A stretch of 64,000 bases of DNA from Octopus sinensis (Eukaryota), in NCBI RefSeq assembly GCF_006345805.1, contig NC_043004.1, positions 1,488,001 to 1,552,000 on the forward strand, written 5' to 3'. Shown in pieces: positions 62,895-64,000 of the stretch (the first letter of the stretch is position 1; each line of letters starts with the position of its first letter). The translations under genes were made by a program, and so were the position numbers. The notes beneath the pieces are model-generated. The model made no database searches. It saw only the letters and a list, made by a program, of their open reading frames with translations, and was not told where the DNA came from.

Positions 62895-63200
62895 TCACGT
62901 GATCACGTGACCGACCAGACCATCAAATGTTTTACACATCACTGGTCACAATGTGTTCGCATTGTTTTAGCCTTCGAATGACGTCACCCCGCTGGCTAAG
63001 CGAGCAGGCCGACAGAGGAAAGAGAGAGAGAAAGAGTGGTGAAAGAGTACGGCAGGGATCACCCCCCCCCCTGCCGGAGACTCGTGGAGCTTTTAGGTGT
63101 TTTCACTCAATAAACACTCACAACGCCCGGTCTGGGAATCGAAACCGCGATCCTACGACCGCGAGTTCGCTGCCCTAACCACTAGGCCCTTGCGCCTCCA
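62895..63200 (-). mobile_element. tRNA-derived SINE family C (tail type 2)
   Basis: Minus strand ggcctagtggttagggcagc..ggtttcgattccc..tgtgagtgtttattgagtgaaa; ends ggtcacgtgatcacgtgat. Confidence 0.8.
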
Positions 63201-63212
63201 CACACACACACA

Positions 63213-63277
<65 letters not shown>

Positions 63278-63442
63278 TATATATTATATATATATATGTA
63301 TATATATATATACATACATATATATATATATATTTATCAATATAGGGTAGCAAAAAAATTCAAGAAAGAATTCCAGAAAAATTTTCTGCAACCAGCGGTC
63401 AAGTGAGAAAATAGAAATAGTCACAGACTATATAATATATTC

Positions 63443-63646
63443 AACAAAATATTAAGGAAAGACCCTTACAGGTCGTTCGATTGCGTAAAAATTGTTGAAA
63501 CCTTGCAGGGTACAAAGTTGAAAAGGATAAATGTTTTTATTTCTCCTTTAGCTTTCAGAATTACTACTATTTTTGCGGTTTGAGTTTTGGCTGCTCTTTT
63601 CAAGTGAGTTGAACGACCTGTAAGGGTCTTTCCTTAATATTTTGTT
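63443..63646. repeat. 36-bp perfect inverted repeat with 132-bp spacer
   Basis: 63443-63478 / 63611-63646. Confidence 0.9.
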
Positions 63647-63763
63647 ATATATATATATATATATATAAGATGGACTGGACGACATTCTTTATTTAAAAAT
63701 TACTACAATTGTTTCTACACTTCATTCTACCGGTAGAACATTGGTGGGATGATATAATTAACT

Positions 63764-63968
63764 TATTGAGTAGCCATTATCATCCATAAAAGGTGTTAAA
63801 TGCGTTTCATCAAGTGATTGCTTAAAATACGATCTTCGTTTGATCATATCATTCCACTCTGGAGTGAAATGACAATATGACTGAAATGACAGTATCATCG
63901 AACGAAGTTCTTATTTTAAACAATCGCTTGATGAAACGCATTTGATGGATGATAGTGACTATTCAATA
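63764..63968. repeat. About 200-bp imperfect fold-back (MITE-like)
   Basis: aaatgcgtttcatcaagtgattgcttaaaata / tattttaaacaatcgcttgatgaaacgcattt. Confidence 0.8.
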
Positions 63969-64000
63969 TGTTAATAATAGCACCTCACCAATATACTACG

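Noticed and set aside
63455-63478. GAAAGACC-CTTACA-GGTC as an HHR stem III
   Set aside because: No UH cleavage site and no CUGANGA/stem II upstream

Overview
AT-rich, microsatellite- and retroposon-saturated metazoan DNA. The tRNA-derived SINE families look like those of Octopus (inference, not database-confirmed). Nearly all listed ORFs are translations of (TA)n/(TG)n/(ATT)n/(ATCT)n tracts or transposon debris. There is one convincing host gene: a 436-codon ORF at 60538-61848 (+) in a single terminal exon, with a divergent RD3-like helical domain. Mobile DNA comprises several tRNA-SINE families, CR1-group LINE 3' fragments, R4/Dong-type restriction-like-endonuclease (RLE) retrotransposon fragments sitting in (TAA)n tracts, a near full-length dead mariner, a fold-back mariner, a Tc1 fragment, a probable Helentron-type non-autonomous element, a piggyBac-like end and several MITE-like hairpins. 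The main hidden signal is minimal type-I hammerhead ribozyme (HHR) motifs in at least three unrelated non-coding repeat families. One is a 483-bp unit with two tandem HHRs (retrozyme/Penelope pseudo-LTR-like). Another carries a tRNA-like Pol III head upstream of an HHR tail. These families repeatedly occur as head-to-head fold-backs, and there is also a near-perfect spacer-less 592-bp palindrome. All structure and homology calls were made by eye. A 100-N gap lies at 12400-12499, and the 753-bp duplication at 8.5-10 kb may be an assembly artefact.
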